Source of the DNA: Octopus vulgaris
Taxonomy: Eukaryota
Direction of reading: 5' to 3'
NCBI GenBank assembly: GCA_951406725.2
Contig: OX597823.1
Location: forward strand, 7,130,001 to 7,194,000
Length of the DNA stretch: 64,000 nt
Positions within the stretch are counted from its first letter, which is position 1. Each line of letters begins with the position of its first letter. The notes below the pieces were generated by a model. It saw only the letters and a list, made by a program, of their open reading frames with translations, did no database searches and was not told the origin of the DNA. Of this stretch, positions 40,398-53,571 are shown piece by piece. The position numbers and the translations under genes were made by a program.

Positions 40398-41405
40398 TGG
40401 CAGGTGCTGGTGTAACGAAAACAGCCAAAATGTTTGGTGTATCAAGAAGCACTGCCTCGTAGGTAATGACAGCCTTTGAGAAAGAGAGAGAAACCTCAGA
40501 TAGGAACCGTCGGACTCATTAGTGAATTGTTAGAAAGGATCACAAAAGTACAGCTCCCAAAATTACTGAAGAGCTTAATGACCACCTTGAGAACCCAGTT
40601 TTCACAAAAACTGTTCTCCAGGAGCTGCACAAAGCTGGAGTTCATGGGAGGGCTGCAATCAGAAAACCACTACTTTCAAAAACTAATTTTGTAAAGCATT
40701 TAGAGTGGAGTAAAAACCTAAATAATTGGTCCCTAGAGCAGTGAAAAAATGTTATTTTCTCGGACTAGTCATTCTTTATCTTATTTCCAACCACCGGCCG
40801 AGTATACATGTGGAGACAGCCAAAAGAAGCTTTTGACCCAGACTGCTTTCTTCCAACTGTTAAACATGGAGGAGGATATGTCATGATCTGGGGGGTGGGG
40901 GAGGCTATATCTTGGAAATCCGCTGGCCCAATGGTTTCCCTTCATGCATGGAAGGATTAATAGTCAAGATCATTTAAGCATTTTATCTGATCAAATTCAT
41001 CCTATGGTTGCAGAACTGTTTCCAGAGTGAAACGCAATCTTTCAGGATGATAATGCACCAATTCACACAGCTAAAGTTGTTACTGAATGGCACAAGGAAC
41101 ATTCTAGTGAAGTTGAACGTCTTATCTGGTCACCACAGTCCCCAGATCTCAATATTATTGAACATTATTGATGCATTTTAGAAAAACAAGTAAGGAGTCG
41201 ATATCCTCCACCATCATCACTACAAGAACTGGAGACTGTTTTAGCTGAAGAATGGACAAAATTCCTTTGGAAACAATTCAAACTTTGTATGAGACCATAC
41301 CTCATAGAATTCAAGCTATAATTACTGCCATAGGTGGTCCTACCCCATATTAAAATAAATTTGCTTGAAATTTTAAGGTGTTTCCATTATTTTGTCCAAT
41401 CCCTG
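40398..41405 (+). mobile_element. Decayed Tc1 (DD34E-type) transposon
   Basis: PTVKHGGG.VMIWG, FQDDNAPIHTAK and WSPQSPDLNIIE motifs; 3' end ...tccaatccctg|TA. Confidence 0.9.
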
Positions 41406-42564
41406 TATATACATTTGCATGGGGAAACTTTGATCAAGTGTGGGTGGTGATAGCATATAGTGAATCTTCTTAATTTGCATCAAGTGCCAGAGCAATTTTA
41501 GTGACTGCCTTTTTTGTTTTTTTTTGTTATTATTGGAAATTATTCATTTTATAAAAAGATACAAAATTTCAAGTTAATATATTGAATATGAACACTGAAT
41601 TGATTAGATATTAAACCCAACCATCAAGTTTAATTTGAACTCAAACTTCCAGTGGTGCATTTTGAGACATTTACCGACTGTCATGCTCACACCAAAGCAT
41701 TTTTAGCCTGAAATATAAACTCTATAAATTCAATATGTTCAAAGAACACATTTCTCATATAAGCATAAGTTGTCTATCATTAGTTTTAGTTTTTAGAACC
41801 ATAATTCCATATTCTAATTTGGTGTTCAATTAGAAGCTGTATTTAAACTGAATTTCGCATGTATTTTTTTTTTATGACATAATGATAGAGTAACAGCCAT
41901 TTACCAATTTGCTGTAATTCTTTTTTTTTCATTCCATTTATATTCTACCTCTCTAATGCTACTATTTACATTCCAAATAGAGAGATGCACCATTTAAATG
42001 ATCAAACTTTAGTAATAAATTAATCAAGTTAGATTAGAGAAAGTTGCTTCAGAAAGTCTTATATCAATTAAAAATGTTTACTGACAAAGTGTTTCCTAGT
42101 GATAAACTAGTAGGGAAATTGATTAAAGAGGAAAAATTTTCTTTTCTAAATAGTTTATTTGTTTTTAGTAAGATCTATATTATTTTCCCTTCAAAGTACA
42201 GACTGATTGTCAATTAGCTTAAGCCAGTTAGTTTTGTATTGTTAGGTAGACAAGACTATTAATACAGAAGTGCAAACACCTTTTAAATTGTGAACAACTC
42301 ACAACTAATAAAAGGTTTTAATATTTAAGCATTAATATTTGACCAGTGAATTGAGTATTTTGTATTAACTTGCAATTATCAAAACATTTTAATCTTCCGG
42401 TAACAAAATATAAAATAAAATGATTATCTAAAAGCTAAAAGAAATTGCGATTGTTGTGGAGAGGTGCATTTATAAGGATAGCTGTGAACTTGTCTGTAAC
42501 AATACAGAAAAGAATGAGGCAAGGAAGGGCTGTTATAAAGAGATTTTCAAATGAGAAGATAGCA

Positions 42565-42626
<62 letters not shown>

Positions 42627-42759
42627 CTTAGTTTAAGCACACTCAACCAAAGGACCACATATCCAGTTGACGGCAGTATGGAAGAAGTATAATTAAGAAT
42701 ATGAAGGCAAGAAAGGTAGTTGGACTGTAGAGTGTAGTTGCTGAGATGCTGAAAATAAG

Positions 42760-43400
42760 TGGTTAGGAAGGCCACATACTAGTTTTGTGCATAGTCAATG
42801 AGGTAGTAGAGGAAAATGTCTTACCCAGTGATTGGCATTGCAGTATCATCATCAGCTGCTACAAGGGCAAAAGTGATTCACATGAAACTATTGTGGAATC
42901 AGGTTGATGGAACAGTTATGAACATGATGCCTCTGTAATTATAAAAATTGGTTATGAACAAAATTAGCCGAGATGAGATGCAACTGGGTTTGTTCCAAAA
43001 TAAGGTACTAATTGATGTCTTCTTCCAAATGAGATGATTGCAGCAGAAGTACTTAGCTAAGAGTAATCTGCTCTACCTGCTAACATTTGTTGACTTGGAG
43101 AAAACTTTTAACTCGGTTCCATACTCTGTAATTTAGTAGTTACTAAGATGACCAGGAATAGAATGGCATGTCAGAAGACTGATTGTCTATTGGACCTCCT
43201 ATATTCTTATGACCTAGTTCCTATAGACAAATCTGTTATAGATTTTATGAAGCAATTCCAGACATGGAAGCAAAACACAAAATGCCACAGAGTAAACTTT
43301 GCAAAAAGTAAATTTTTAGTAAGTAGAAAAGAAGACAGAAATCTGTTACCAGGAAATGACCCTGTTTAATATGCAGAAATGGAATGGGTAGAAATGCTAT
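42760..43400 (+). mobile_element. Decayed RTE LINE RT
   Basis: IISCYKGK, DEMQLG, LQQKYL and FVDLEKTF fragments. Confidence 0.75.
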
Positions 43401-43426
43401 ATGATGTATCTATATGATGTACTGGA

Positions 43427-43795
43427 TGGAAGCACTCCGTCGGTTACGACGACGAGGGTTCCGGTTGATCCGATCAATGGAACAGCTTGCTCGTGATATT
43501 AATGTGCTAGTGGCTGAGTACTCCACAGACACGTGTACCCTTAACGTAGTTCTCGAGGAGATTCAGCGTGACACAGAGTTGTGACAAGGCTGGCCCTTTG
43601 AAATACAGGTACAAGAGAAACAGGAAGAAAGAATGAGAGAAAGTTGTGGTGAAAGAGTACAGCAGGGTTCACCACCATCATGGAGTTTTTAAGTGTTTTC
43701 GCTCAATAAACACTCACAATGCCCAGTCTGGGAATTGAAACCGCGATCCTCCGACCGCGAGTCCGCTGCCCTAACCACTGGGCCATTGCACCTCC
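43427..43795 (-). mobile_element. tRNA-derived SINE (family D)
   Basis: tRNA-like head ggcccagtggttagggcagcggactc...ggtttcaattccc. Confidence 0.88.
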
Positions 43796-44416
43796 CCTCA
43801 TTAAAGATTATAGAAACAGTTAAAGCATAACTGATTAGTGACAGAATTAGCATAGATGAGGTGCAGTTCAGATTTGTCCAGTAAAAGCTATGGCCAATAC
43901 TATTTCCCATGTTCGTTAAAATGATGCCAGCAAAATAGGCTGGAAGGTATATTTTTTACATTTAAGCCTCTTGTTACTTCTCTGTCTTCTCTCTTACTAT
44001 ATTACTCGTTAATTTCACAAGCAGGCTGTTCCGTTGATCGGATCAACCGGAAACCTCATCGTCGTAACCGACGGAGTGCTTCCATCAATCTCAAATGGTA
44101 TATAGCATTTCTTTCTTTTAGGTACCCGGAGTAAAATGGACTAATAAGTATTCAAAAGACATCCAGCTAAGTTTAGATCTTAAGAATCAGCTTCTCATCC
44201 ATAAATACAACCTTTTGTCTTCCCATTTAGACTTTCTGAACACTGTTTTGCCATTCCATTTTCTTTTCAATAATTTAATATGTAGTGAAGATGTTTGATA
44301 TTTCTAGTTTGTTATGTCATAGGTTTTTACTAAACTGAATCCTGAAGAAGGTAAGAAATAGCCCCGCATAGGAAAGCCTACGGATAATTTATGGATATTA
44401 TTAACTGGAATGTGAT

Positions 44417-44800
44417 GGAAGCACTCCGTCGGTTACGACGATGAGGGTTCTGGTTGATCCAATCAACGGAACAGCCTGCTCGTGAAATTAACGTGTAAGT
44501 GGCTGAGCACTCCACAGACACGTGTACCCTTAACGTAGTTCTCGGGGAAATTCAGCGTGACACAGAGAGTGACAAGGCCGGCCCTTTGAAATACAGGTAC
44601 AACAGAAACAGGATGGAAAAGTGAGAGAAAGTTGTGGTGAAAGAGTACAGCAGGGATCACCACCATCCCCTGCCGGAGCCTCGTAGAGCTTTAGGTGTTT
44701 TCGCTCAATAAACACTCACAACGGCCGGTCTGGGAATCGAAACCGCGATCCTACGACCGCGAATCTGCTGCCCTAACCACTGGGCCATTGCGCCTCCACC
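44417..44800 (-). mobile_element. tRNA-derived SINE (family D), full length
   Basis: TSD tggaatgtgat; an opposite-strand tail fragment lies at 44007-44083. Confidence 0.92.
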
Positions 44801-45835
44801 GTGGAATGTGATATGAACTAACCCAAAGATAGTGTTTGGTAATATCATAGTCTTAATAATAACATACTCTCAGTAAACTTAATATCCAAGAAAATGTAAT
44901 TTAAACACAATGATCAACAATACTAATCTTAGTTTTTGATAAAGTTTAAATTTATATATGCTAGCTGTTGACTTCAGAGTCAGAAAAGTAAGTTCAATCT
45001 GTTATAATTGTGTCTTTCTTCACATTAACAATTAGCATGCTGGAATTGAAATTTTCAAAAGTATTCTACTTAAATTAATGACTCAGGTATTAGATTCCTG
45101 ACTTAGTCACCCTTATAGAACCATTAAGAAGTTTAAGTATATCCTGTCTCATGGTTGTTTGTTATTCTTTAGAAACAAAATTTAGTTGTAGCAATAACTA
45201 CTACTTAATAAATTATTAAAAAGCTAAATAAATAGCAATAAAAGAAGAGGTTGGCTTAAAATATTTATACTTCATTTTCTTGATTAGAGGTTTCAGTTCT
45301 AACAGTTGAAGTATTGTTTACCAACAGAAGCTCTTGGAACAATTTTTATCATCTGAAGTAGCATTCAATTTGTCTTTAACCATTATTCCCATTCACACTC
45401 TCAATATAACTTTTCTCAGTTATTCTTATGGGCTACTTACTCTCTCATCCCCTACTTCACCATAGATTTTTAAAAAAATTTCTATATAGCCTTTAAGTGT
45501 GAGAACATTTCTCACTACTAAGTTGCCAATTTCATTCAGGTTGGTATCCCTAAACACATTCTGTAAAAAAAGCAAGACAGAATTTTGTTCAATCTTTCAG
45601 ATGAAAAAATAATTAATAGTTATTCACTCATTCAGGCAACTACATAAATAAACAATTAAATCTACTCTTTGCATAACTAATATATTTGTATTATGGTTCC
45701 CATGATGTAACTAGTACTTACATTAACAATTCTAGAGAAATGGAAGTCAAAGTGAATTCCTTTAGAATTTGAACTCCTAGAGAGATGAAATTTAATATTT
45801 TAAGTCACTCATCATAATCACCCATTATAATAATG

Positions 45836-45838
45836 TTA

Positions 45839-45912
<74 letters not shown>
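45836..45912. repeat. (TAA)n microsatellite
   Basis: Direct inspection. Confidence 0.97.
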
Positions 45913-45913
<1 letters not shown>

Positions 45914-46421
45914 TTTTTTATTAGCTACAAGAGTTCAAAGATATATATATATATAAATCTGAAGGTGGATGAGCTTTTACTGTACTATGTTCTTAACAGA
46001 ATACACAATAACTATATAAACTATATATATATATATATTTATTAAAAACTTATAATTTAGCCCAGTATTATTCTATCGGTCTCTTTGCCGAGCTATAACG
46101 GACGTAAACACACAGCATCGGTTGTCAAAATAGGACAAACACAGACACACAAACTTGACTCATAAATATATACATATATAATGTTCCATACAGCACCAGG
46201 GTCGCCGAGATAGCAGAAGACACTTGCAGTTGTGGTGCTGTATTGAACATTTAATGTGGTTTATATATATCAAAAATTATAATTTAGTTTTGGCTGCTAT
46301 TTCATACAGCACCAGGAGAAAGCAGTGGTGGTGCTGTAGAACATTTAATGTAGTATCTCTTAGCTACCCTAATTTATAATTTTAATAATAATTATTACCT
46401 TTGAAGGTTTTTATTCCCATG

Positions 46422-46612
46422 CTGAGAGTGCCAAATGCCTATATAGCAAGAAATAAGAGTCAAAACTCTTAATGCTGTAAGAAGCATGCAATGTATATAT
46501 ACACTGTCAGTATATATATATATATATACGTATATATATATTGTGCACTTCTTACAACATTAAGAGTTTTTAACTCTTATTTCTTGCAATATAAGTTCTT
46601 TGGTACCCTCAG
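46422..46612. repeat. Imperfect inverted repeat around a (TA)n core
   Basis: gcaagaaataagagt..aaactcttaatg.tgtaagaag / cttcttacaacattaagagttt..actcttatttcttgc. Confidence 0.8.
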
Positions 46613-46664
46613 TCACCATTTCTTTATGGTTTTATATTGCACCTAACTGTTTATATTAATTTAT

Positions 46665-46713
<49 letters not shown>

Positions 46714-46782
46714 TCAGCAAAATTTAGATTCAAATGAATATGGTACTTAAGTCAGAGGCACCAGAATTTTGTATGGTATTAT

Positions 46783-46822
<40 letters not shown>

Positions 46823-46924
46823 ATAGTAAATAGGGTAATAAAATAAATTCATGAATTTATCCCCTTTTTGTGTATCTAGCACTCGCTTCTTTATTTGGAA
46901 GCCTTTTAATGTGTTTATATATAT

Positions 46925-47189
46925 ATGCAGGTGGCACGTAAAATGCACCAATCCAACCGTGGCCGATGCCAGCCTCGCCTGGCTCCAGTGCAGGTGGCAC
47001 GTAAAAAGCACCCACTACACTCACGGAGTGGTTGGCATTAGGAAGGGCATCCAGCTGTAGAAACATTGCCAGATAAGACCGGAGCCTGGTGCAGCCTTCT
47101 GGCTTCCCAGATACCCGGTCGAACCGTCCAACCCATGCTAGCATGGAGAACGGACGTTAAATGATGATGATGATGATGATGATGATGAT
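46925..47189 (+). mobile_element. Family C element
   Basis: Match to the 25262 copy. Confidence 0.88.
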
Positions 47190-47190
47190 G

Positions 47191-48340
47191 TGAGGGGATA
47201 TCCAAAAGTAACTGGAAATATTTGTAGATTCAGACTTCCATCACTAGAAGAAGCCACTTGATGCAATCCTCAGGTACCAGTTTGCCGAGCAGCATCGTTG
47301 GCTGAGGTCGGATTGCCATGCTGGAGCATTTTTGTCTTGCAGTGCTTCTCCTTTGTTCATCAATTTCTGCGATGGCTGAAACAAAGGAACAGCATACTTC
47401 TATGAAATTCTGTTTGCTGCTGGGGAAGACAGAAATCGAAACAGTTGTCATGTTTCAAACAGCTTATGAGGATGCTGCCATGAATGAAACACAAGTTTAC
47501 GAGTGGTTTCTATGCTTTAGGAATGGTCACTTGCTACTTGAAGACCAGCCTTTCTCAGGACGATTGTTGACCTCCTGAACGAATGAAAACATTATGGAAA
47601 TTCATGAACTGATCTTGGAGGACCATCACCAAACATTTGACAAATTTGTTGATATGACTGGTGTGTCCTAGAGCTCCTACCAACGAATTTTGAGTGAAGA
47701 GTAGCAGCAGAACTTTTGCCTCACTTGCTCATCATCATCGTTTAATGTCCAGTTTCCATGCTAGCATGGGTTGGACGATTTGACTGAGATCTGGTGAACC
47801 AGACTCCAATCTGATTTGGCAGAGTTTCTACAGCTGGATACCAATCACTCTGAGAGTGTAGTGGGTGCTTTTACGTGCCACCAGCACGAGGGCCAGTTTG
47901 GTGGTACTGGCACCAGCCATGCTCAAATGGTGCTTTTTATGTGCCACCTGCACAGGAGCCAGTCCAGCGGCACTGGCAACGACCTCGCTCGAATGTTTTT
48001 TTTTTTTGGAAGATCAAAAGCAGTCATGATTGAAGGCGTGTGATAAACTGAAAGAATAATTGGAAGTTGATTTGGACCTTTCTTCAAAGGTCATCACTGG
48101 TGACGAAAGCTGATCTTATGGAATTCGCTGATGTGGGAGAGGGGAAGGAAAAACGATGGAGGTGTTAAAAGGTATCACTTCGCAAGAGTTCAAGCACTGC
48201 TTTGAATAGTGGAAAATGTGCCTGAACCAATGCATCGCTTCAAATAGCAAATACTTTGAAGGCAATAAAAGTGTAAACATGTACAGCTAAGTGAATAAAA
48301 TAATATTGCAAAATTCTGGTTTCTTTTGGGTACCCCCTTG
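47191..48340 (+). mobile_element. Decayed mariner with nested family C copy (47731-47995, minus)
   Basis: TIRs gaggggatatccaaaagtaactggaa / ttctggtttcttttgggtacccccttg|TA; MKFC..LGKT...VYEWF..F..G and ITGDES motifs. Confidence 0.85.
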
Positions 48341-50311
48341 TATATATATATATATCTATATCTACAACTTATAAACAAGGGCAAAAGAAAATTATTTCTA
48401 TGCCAATATGGTGATAACATACTTTTAAATCGTCAATTTCCACATATTATTATACACCCACTACAGAAATACGTTGTGCTGAAATCAAGGAAAGCTAGCC
48501 AACAGAATTTTTTTTTAAGGTCGTTATTTCTATATTGAATCAATTTCGGAATTAATCTCATAATAGATTTTTTCCTCATCAGTAGAAAATACGAATAGAA
48601 TTAAATGAAATAATTACATGCGCCCATGGAAAAAAAGCCGAAGCAAAAATCATGAGTACACATAAATACCCCAGATATATCTAAATATAAAATGCTTGTC
48701 TGTTTGTCTATTGCTAGAACATGTTTGTGAAGAGCTGATTTAATGATAAACGATAAATACTGACACAAAGTTAAGGATGTTATAATTCTACAGAGAAATA
48801 TTGGTCAAAAATGAGATATATCAAGAATACCAAAAAGTAGTTCAGAGAGCGTTACAATTGTATTCAAAAACTTAAGAAAGAATATTTTATATATTGGTTG
48901 AAATTTAGAGCATGTTGTTGACTTGAAAATGAAGAAATAGAAACTTCTCTTAGCTTCAAAGATTATGTGAATATACCATTCATTAGAGGTTGCAAAAATG
49001 AAATGCTGACTCCCAACCAGCTAAAATGCTTTCATCAAACATTGTTCTTTCATACTGTGGTTTGTGTTTTCTTCTTTGAAATATACACTTTTGGTGTATT
49101 TAAAATTTTCTTATATAAATCCTTTTAGATTTAATTTAATTCAACAAAACTACAAATTCATTAATGAAGAAAATTGCATTACAACAAAATCCATATGGAC
49201 CACTGCTGCCACTACTACCATTACTGCTGCTGCTGCTGTTACTACTACTACTACTACTACTATTACAAATATTGCAAATATTGCTGCTACTGTGCGTTAT
49301 CAGTGTTGTATTTGCATAAGAATAAAAAAGTATATAAATATCTGAATTATCTTTTGAAAGTTTTGAAAAGGAACAGAACAAAAGACAATAAATTTACATT
49401 TTCCTTATTACAAATATCTCTTGCAAACGTTGACTTTTTAAAAATGAAAAGTAAAAACGAAAAGATTTTATCAAAATAATAAATTCATTAATTCTTTCAT
49501 CAATAAATATTCAAAATAACCCTTACAGATTTTTATGTCAAATCCTTTGGATTAAAAAAATAAATAGAAAATTGTTATATAAACATAAATACTTAAAAGC
49601 TATTACCAGTAAAATCAGTAAATGCTCCATTTGAAACAGAATATGACAGGCTTTTTGATTCAAATTATGATGGTAACAAAATAAATGTATAAATTGTGGA
49701 TATCAATTTTTTTCTTTTTTCAGTATTTAACCATCGTTTCTTATCAATCATTGCTTAGTTTTCAAATTTGACTATTTCAGCTGATATAAATTCAAATGTT
49801 TTAATAAACGATATTTTAATTATTTAATTATTATCCATACTAATCTTTACCCCATTTTGTACTATACCACTTCTGTTTACCTTCAATGAATATTTTCCTG
49901 TGTGACTTGATTCCTTTTTTACTTAGTTTGTTAATTTCAGACCTATAACACATAGTACCATGATACATAGTACCAAGAAATATTGTAATGCCAGAGTTAC
50001 AATCAGTACATAACATGGAAATCAAAACTAGTATTGGTGCATCATTTCATATACATAAGACTAAGATGACCACAACATGCAGACAACTAACAAGATAGAG
50101 TCCAAGAAGAAACTAATCATGTTGGTCTAGTAGAAGATATTTGTTTTCAGACGTTCAAATGTCATCTCTGAATGTACAACACACAGAAATTCAATGCTAC
50201 TGTATCAACTATATTGAGAAGAACTGTCTCTGAGCAGCAGGTATGTGAGAAACTGAAAATTCTAAAACTATATTCCTTTAAGTGAAGAAAGAAAAGATAA
50301 GAAATAATATA

Positions 50312-50725
50312 TCTATTATATAAAATCTGTTCTGTCTGTCTGTGTGTGTGTCTTCTAGGATCTCAGGTATCCTCCATCCGATTGTGCTCAAATTTGATAT
50401 GTAGATACCAACAGTATCAGGGCATGTATAAGTCTTGAAAAAATTCTATAAATCGATTCCAGGTGAGAATGCGATTGATAAGGCCGTGGGAACGTGCATT
50501 TGTACGCACAAGTACACCAGCTGTTGCGATTGATACTACACTTATGCGAGAAAAATGCACGTGCAGTTTGTGCAAAAAAGCTGGCCTGTTTGGTGTCTCA
50601 AATTTAGATTAAATCAGTGTTTCTCAAAGGGGAGGCCTATGGGACGGTCGGACAAGTTGTTTTGAGGAAATTTGGTTTAAATGTTTGACAACTCAGCACC
50701 ATCCATTGGACGGGGGGCGTTTTGC
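50312..50725 (+). mobile_element. Helitron-like 5' fragment
   Basis: A|TCTATTATATAAAA followed by CTGT repeats and ccgatt..ctcaaattt; no 3' CTAG seen. Confidence 0.55.
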
Positions 50726-50799
50726 TTATATATATATATATTATCAATGGATCATATATCAGAAAACGAAGCACAGTCTAAAAGTTACAGCAGTAATGT

Positions 50800-50940
50800 A
50801 TTTACATAAAGTTAAATATATGTCCGGTCATAGAGTGACCAATGGTTTCACATCCATAAACTACTTAGCTTTATAGTGCTTTATGGATGTGAAACCATTG
50901 GTCACTCTATGACTGGACATATATTTATCTTCATGTAAAT
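50800..50940. repeat. Fold-back containing the 3' half of a hammerhead
   Basis: ~60-bp arms; GGATGT-GAAA-CCATTGG-TC-ACTCT at 50885-50908, CUGANGA absent. Confidence 0.7.
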
Positions 50941-50965
50941 ATATATATATATACGTGTGTGTGTA

Positions 50966-51867
50966 CAGAGTGTTTCAAAAAATTTGGTATTATTTTGCAA
51001 TCTAATAACTTTGCCAGTTCTTGTTCAAACAACCTCAGATTTTAACAGCATGTGTAGAAACAGGTAAAAGTTTTATGTTTAATATTTGATATGTTTATCT
51101 TTTCAGATGCACAAATGGCATTCACTGGAAGAGGAAAGGCGTTTTGCGTGTTGGAGTATGCTTGAACACACTCGAACAAGACTGTGCAGCATGCATTTGT
51201 GAGAGAGTTCTCTAGAAAGTCATGAAAAGTAATGCAGATTTGGGCATGGCAGAAAAAATTCAAAGAGGAAGGCTGTCTGTGCAGGGCAAAAGGATCTGGA
51301 GGATCACTAACATTGGAAGAGATGGTCAAGCAAATTCACCAAAAGCTCTTGCAAATCCCCAAGAAGTCCATTAGAAGAACAAGTTGGGAAACCCAGATTC
51401 CCCCAACAACTGTTTGGTGCATCCCAAGGAAATGCTTGCAAATGAAACCCTTCAAGCTGCAGCTCATTCAAGCCATAACAGCAGATGACAAGCAAAAGTG
51501 CAAACAGTTGTGTTGATATGCAAGAGAAACTTGAAGAAGCCAAGTTCAAGGAACGTCTTGTTTTCAATGACGAGGCCACATTTCATACATATGGTATAGT
51601 TAATAAAGATAATGTTCACATTTGGGGTGAAGAAAATGCCCATGCCACAGTTGGGCATGCAGGTGGTGCGCATATTGAACATTTGTGAAATTGTTCATGG
51701 AATCTACATAGCTTTGAATTTCTCATTCAAATCTGGAGGAATAAATCTTACGTTGCTCAACATTTTTACTTTCATTTTTACTTTCATTTTTACTTTCATT
51801 TGCTTTGACTATGTGGTTTCTGTGATATTGATATCTCAAATGATATCAAATTTTTTGAAACACCCTA
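50966..51867 (+). mobile_element. Decayed Tc1/mariner-superfamily transposon
   Basis: TIRs cagagtgtttcaaaaaatttg / caaattttttgaaacacccta; PKKSIRR..IPPTTVW..KPFKLQL and FNDEATFH..G.VN..N.HIWGEEN motifs. Confidence 0.85.
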
Positions 51868-51870
51868 TAA

Positions 51871-51921
<51 letters not shown>

Positions 51922-52121
51922 GTGAAGAAAATGTGGGCATGCAGGTAGATATTGAACATTTGTGAAATTGTTCATGGAATCTACATAGCTTTGAATTTCT
52001 CATTCAAATCTGGAGGAATAAATCTTACGTTGCTCAACATTTTTACCATGGAAAGCGGACGCTAAATGATGATGATAAATATATATGTATGTGTATGTGT
52101 ATATAAATATGTGTATGTATA

Positions 52122-52159
<38 letters not shown>

Positions 52160-52161
<2 letters not shown>

Positions 52162-52470
52162 CCCTCCCTACTGATAGATCTAAATAACAAGGTGAACTTA
52201 GCCGTAAAATCTACAGACAGAGAATGAACATACTACCATCATGTTCTTAATGATGAAATTAACCTCTCTGTCTATATATCGACCCTCTTTGTAATGTTGG
52301 CAAATGAAATAGGGATAAGAATGTGCATTGCCTGTTTAATTGAAAAATTCTATATGTGGCTGAAGATTGCTCGACATTTTAAAACTGATGTAATACTTAC
52401 AGTGTTTAATAAAATGAAGTAGCATGAAACAATTGTACCACACTACCTTGGATATCTTTGTTGCTTATTT

Positions 52471-52472
<2 letters not shown>
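52160..52472 (+). mobile_element. Hammerhead-bearing insert between (TA)n tracts (PLE 3' end-like)
   Basis: Unique ~310 bp bounded by TA runs; contains an intact hammerhead. Confidence 0.7.
52355..52442 (+). ncRNA. Type I hammerhead ribozyme, intact core, long stem II
   Basis: TGTGG-CTGAAGA-T TGCT...AGCA T-GAAA-CAATTG-TA-CCACA; predicted cleavage after 52437 (GUA). Confidence 0.85.
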
Positions 52473-52549
<77 letters not shown>

Positions 52550-52716
52550 ATTTGATGGCATATAAGATGTACTTTTTTCCCAAAAAGAAGTCTGAAAATA
52601 TACATCCCAGATCTTATATGGTAAGCTGGATGTGTATTAAATGTTTTAAAGCATTACAAAACTATTTTCCTGAATATGTGCTGTTAAAATTAGGGTTGAG
52701 CTAATATGTCCATAAG

Positions 52717-53571
52717 CAAGGTGGTATCAAAAAGTTCCCAGACTAGTTCTGTAGTGTGCCAACAGATGGCAGCACATGGTTACATGCGCAGTGAGAGCTT
52801 GCAGTGACCTTCATAAGACATATGTGCTGAGTGAGATCACTGTGTTTACTTCACAAGTTGTGAAATTTGTGTTTTTGTGATCATGTGTATGCTGTAGTTT
52901 GCAATTTTATCATGGACAAGAACAAAGAGCCAACGTGAAATTTTGTGCCAAACTTGGGAAGTCTGCTATAGAGACATTGAACATGCTTCGGTAAGCTTAC
53001 AGCAAAGAGGCAATGGGTCTTCCCTGGAAATTGGTGACTGATCTGGAAGACCTGCCATGAGCATCAACCCTGAAAATGTGATAACGTGCATCAAGAATTT
53101 GTCCTCCAGAGCCAGACCATCAATTGAGAGTTCTACAGCAATGTTTTGCAACATTTGAGGGAGGACATTCACTGAAAGCAACCGGATCTGTGGAGCGCAA
53201 AGAATTGGATTCTTTACTAAGCTCTCCTCACTCACGAGTTTCTCACCAAAAACAACATGCTATTGTTTCTGCACCTGCCCTATTTGCTAGATTTAGCTCC
53301 TGCAGACTTCCATTTCTTCCTCAAGATGAAAATGCAGCTCAAAGGTTGCTGTTTTAACACCATTGTGGAGATACAGAGTGAATTGAAGAAGATCCTCAAC
53401 CCACTTACAGAAAGCAGCTTCCAAGCCAGATTCCAAAAGTGACAAGAACTCTGGGACCAGTGTGTTGCTGCGCAAGATGACTATTTTGAAGGATATGATA
53501 TTAAAACTTATTAAAAATAAGTTACTTTTTATCAAACATAACTAGTCCAGGAACCTTTTGATACAACCTTG
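52717..53571 (+). mobile_element. Decayed mariner (DD34D)
   Basis: TIRs caaggtggtatcaaaaagttcc / ggaaccttttgatacaaccttg|TA; HLPYLLDLAPADFHFFLKMK motif. Confidence 0.88.

Noticed and set aside
44122-44350. AG...GT bounded segment with a ~57-codon frame
   Set aside because: In-frame stop before the donor and no homology recognised
44336-44395. CTGAAGA...GAAAGCCTA
   Set aside because: Stems I and II cannot be put in register; overlaps a possible splice donor instead
44720-44800. tRNA-like sequence
   Set aside because: It is a SINE head, contiguous with the SINE body and TSD
45990-46350. Scrambled SINE with many microdeletions and duplicated blocks
   Set aside because: Looks like low-quality consensus or mis-assembly rather than biology
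48680-48860. Helitron-like 5' start TCTAAATATAAAA
   Set aside because: Only a short motif and no matching 3' hairpin/CTAG structure
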